Shown here: positions 62,508-64,000 of the stretch, in pieces
How positions within the stretch are numbered: the first letter of the stretch is position 1
How the letters are laid out: every line of letters begins with the position of its first letter
DNA from: Obrimoposthia wandeli
Lineage: Eukaryota
DNA: 64,000 nucleotides
Reading direction: 5' to 3'
NCBI GenBank assembly: GCA_977020255.1
Contig: CDROCS010000253.1
Location: 806,001-870,000, forward strand
The notes under the pieces: model-generated
The model's input: the letters and a program-made list of their open reading frames with translations, nothing else
Database searches by the model: none
What the model was told of the DNA's origin: nothing
Position numbers and translations under genes: made by a program

Positions 62508-63356
62508 ATGGTCAAACACACTAAAAATATTCTTCTGCTTAGCCTCGCTTGCTTGACGCTATGGTCAAATATCGTTGCTAAGCCTGCACAAGCAAAAACA
62601 CTCGTTATTGCTTCTGATGAATGGTGTCCTTATATTTGTGACGATCCTATTCTTCCGGGGTTTTTAGTTGAAATAGTGACCGAAATTGCTGCTAATAACG
62701 ACATTAAAATAAGGTTTTCTTTAACACCATTAGCCAGAGCACTAGACCTCACTCAAAAGGGGGAAATCGACATGTTACTTGGCTTAACGCCACAGCATAT
62801 TATTGATTTTCAACTCAAGCAGAGCCATTTTAGCTTTGGTGGTTTATATAACGATTTTTACGTGCGAGCTAATGACCCATGGCGCTTTCAAAATATTGCT
62901 AACTTAGAAACTAAGTTAAAAAACAATACTGTTTTAGGTACTATCAATGGCTATGAGTATGGCGACAGTATCAGCCGTTTACTTAAAGATAATGCAACAC
63001 ATGTCTTTTCTGCTAGTGGTAATTCACCTTTGCAAAAACAATTGAGAATGTTGCGCTTGGGTCGATTAGACATCTTATTGGACTCAAGATTTACTGTGCA
63101 GTACCAACTATCAACGTTGTTAAAGACAGCCAAACCAACAATTGTTTATGCTGGTACAGAAGGTGACTTTACCCCCTTATATTTAGGCTTTTCACCTTTA
63201 CTGAGTAAAGCGCAAATACAAGTCTTTGATAAAGGTTTAATAACACTTAGACGCAGTGGTCGGTTAAACGAAATATTAGCAAAATATGGCGTAATAGATT
63301 GGCATGAGCAGTCGATTACTCTTCAAGATAAAGAATTATCACTATTGGCTAAATAG
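62508..63356 (+). CDS. Periplasmic substrate-binding protein (family 3-like), orphan
   Basis: Signal peptide, ASDEWCPYIC, LGTINGYEYG, LRRSGRLNEILAKYG. Confidence 0.8.
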   Translation: MVKHTKNILLLSLACLTLWSNIVAKPAQAKTLVIASDEWCPYICDDPILPGFLVEIVTEIAANNDIKIRFSLTPLARALDLTQKGEIDMLLGLTPQHIIDFQLKQSHFSFGGLYNDFYVRANDPWRFQNIANLETKLKNNTVLGTINGYEYGDSISRLLKDNATHVFSASGNSPLQKQLRMLRLGRLDILLDSRFTVQYQLSTLLKTAKPTIVYAGTEGDFTPLYLGFSPLLSKAQIQVFDKGLITLRRSGRLNEILAKYGVIDWHEQSITLQDKELSLLAK

Positions 63357-63410
63357 TTACTTATCAAGTACTAAAAAGTAAATCACTATGCATTTTTCAG
63401 AGTACTCACG

Positions 63411-63950
63411 TTATTTTTTTAATCCAACAATGGCATAGTCACCACCAACGGTAAGTTTAACCACGACCGGTTTATCTGATGTGTTTTTCCAATACCAACC
63501 ATGAATACCAGTAAATGGTGTAGTAAAACTACCTTTCATTTCTGTTAACGTCGCAATAGCATAACTTTCATAATAACCTGTGGTATCACCTTCTGGCTCA
63601 CCGTGTAAATCAAAGAAAAGTGCAGTGCCGTCGGTTTGCCATTGATATTCCATTTTCTTAAACTGCGTCATAGCAAATTTATACTCGACACCACGCCCAG
63701 CGGGTACAACAACTTCAATAATATCGACTGCATGTTGGTTTGCTGTGTTGAGGTCTTCACTTTGTGCTGTGTTTATTGTCGCAGTAGCCACTGGATTTGC
63801 TAAAGCTGTTAAACCGAGCTTAGCGCCAATACCTGTTGGGTCGATATTATATTCTGCAGGTAATATAAAGCTAATAAGTACTAAACCAGCAATCACCAAA
63901 GCAATGATGGTTGATTTGAGTAAGGCTTTATTTGATAAGGTATGTTGCAT
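63411..63950 (-). CDS. Membrane-anchored hypothetical protein with conserved His/Trp motifs
   Basis: N-terminal TM, LPAEYNIDPTGIG, FDLHGE, GIHGWYWKN. Confidence 0.75.
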   Translation of the reverse strand: MQHTLSNKALLKSTIIALVIAGLVLISFILPAEYNIDPTGIGAKLGLTALANPVATATINTAQSEDLNTANQHAVDIIEVVVPAGRGVEYKFAMTQFKKMEYQWQTDGTALFFDLHGEPEGDTTGYYESYAIATLTEMKGSFTTPFTGIHGWYWKNTSDKPVVVKLTVGGDYAIVGLKK

Positions 63951-64000
63951 AAAATATCTCTTAGATTTTCGAATTGAAGTAATGTGTTTTTTGATAAGTT

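Noticed and set aside
50300-64000. Calling the distal metal region a bounded mobile island or prophage
   Set aside because: No integrase, transposase, tRNA or flanking direct repeat in the window; only gene content suggests accessory origin.

Overview
AT-rich chromosomal window of a marine gammaproteobacterium; gene content and order suggest Alteromonadales, probably Colwellia-like (inference). About 1-50.4 kb is mostly core genome: a 5'-truncated divergent-type acnB, pdhR-aceE-aceF-lpdA, an LtaS/OpgB-family gene with dgkA, ampE-ampD, a retropepsin-like protease, nadC, a RegB/RegA-type two-component pair, rmf, hemN, yihI, tesB, an MscS channel, a yihG-like acyltransferase, proBA, yegD, NfeD-SPFH, ppnP, ilvC/ilvY, comM, and ilvL-GMEDA with an intact leader-peptide attenuator. 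From about 50.4 kb to the end is an accessory-looking metal region: a prohibitin-like SPFH gene, a Fur-boxed heme-type TonB-dependent receptor divergent from DUF4920-like and PepSY-TM genes, and a cusCBA-like Cu/Ag efflux operon. No tRNA, rRNA, CRISPR array, integrase or transposase was found. The most notable observations are: (1) a Cys/His/Met-rich exported ORF ending in RPP directly upstream of cusCBA, whose first gene has a hairpin-occluded SD, a candidate metal-sensing arrest-peptide switch; (2) a duplicated proA 3' end that differs almost only at synonymous sites, a likely integration or allele-replacement scar; (3) a family of TATACCC...GGGTATA ERIC-like MITEs in full, modular, miniature and nested forms. 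All calls come from reading the sequence and recalled family motifs; no searches were run.
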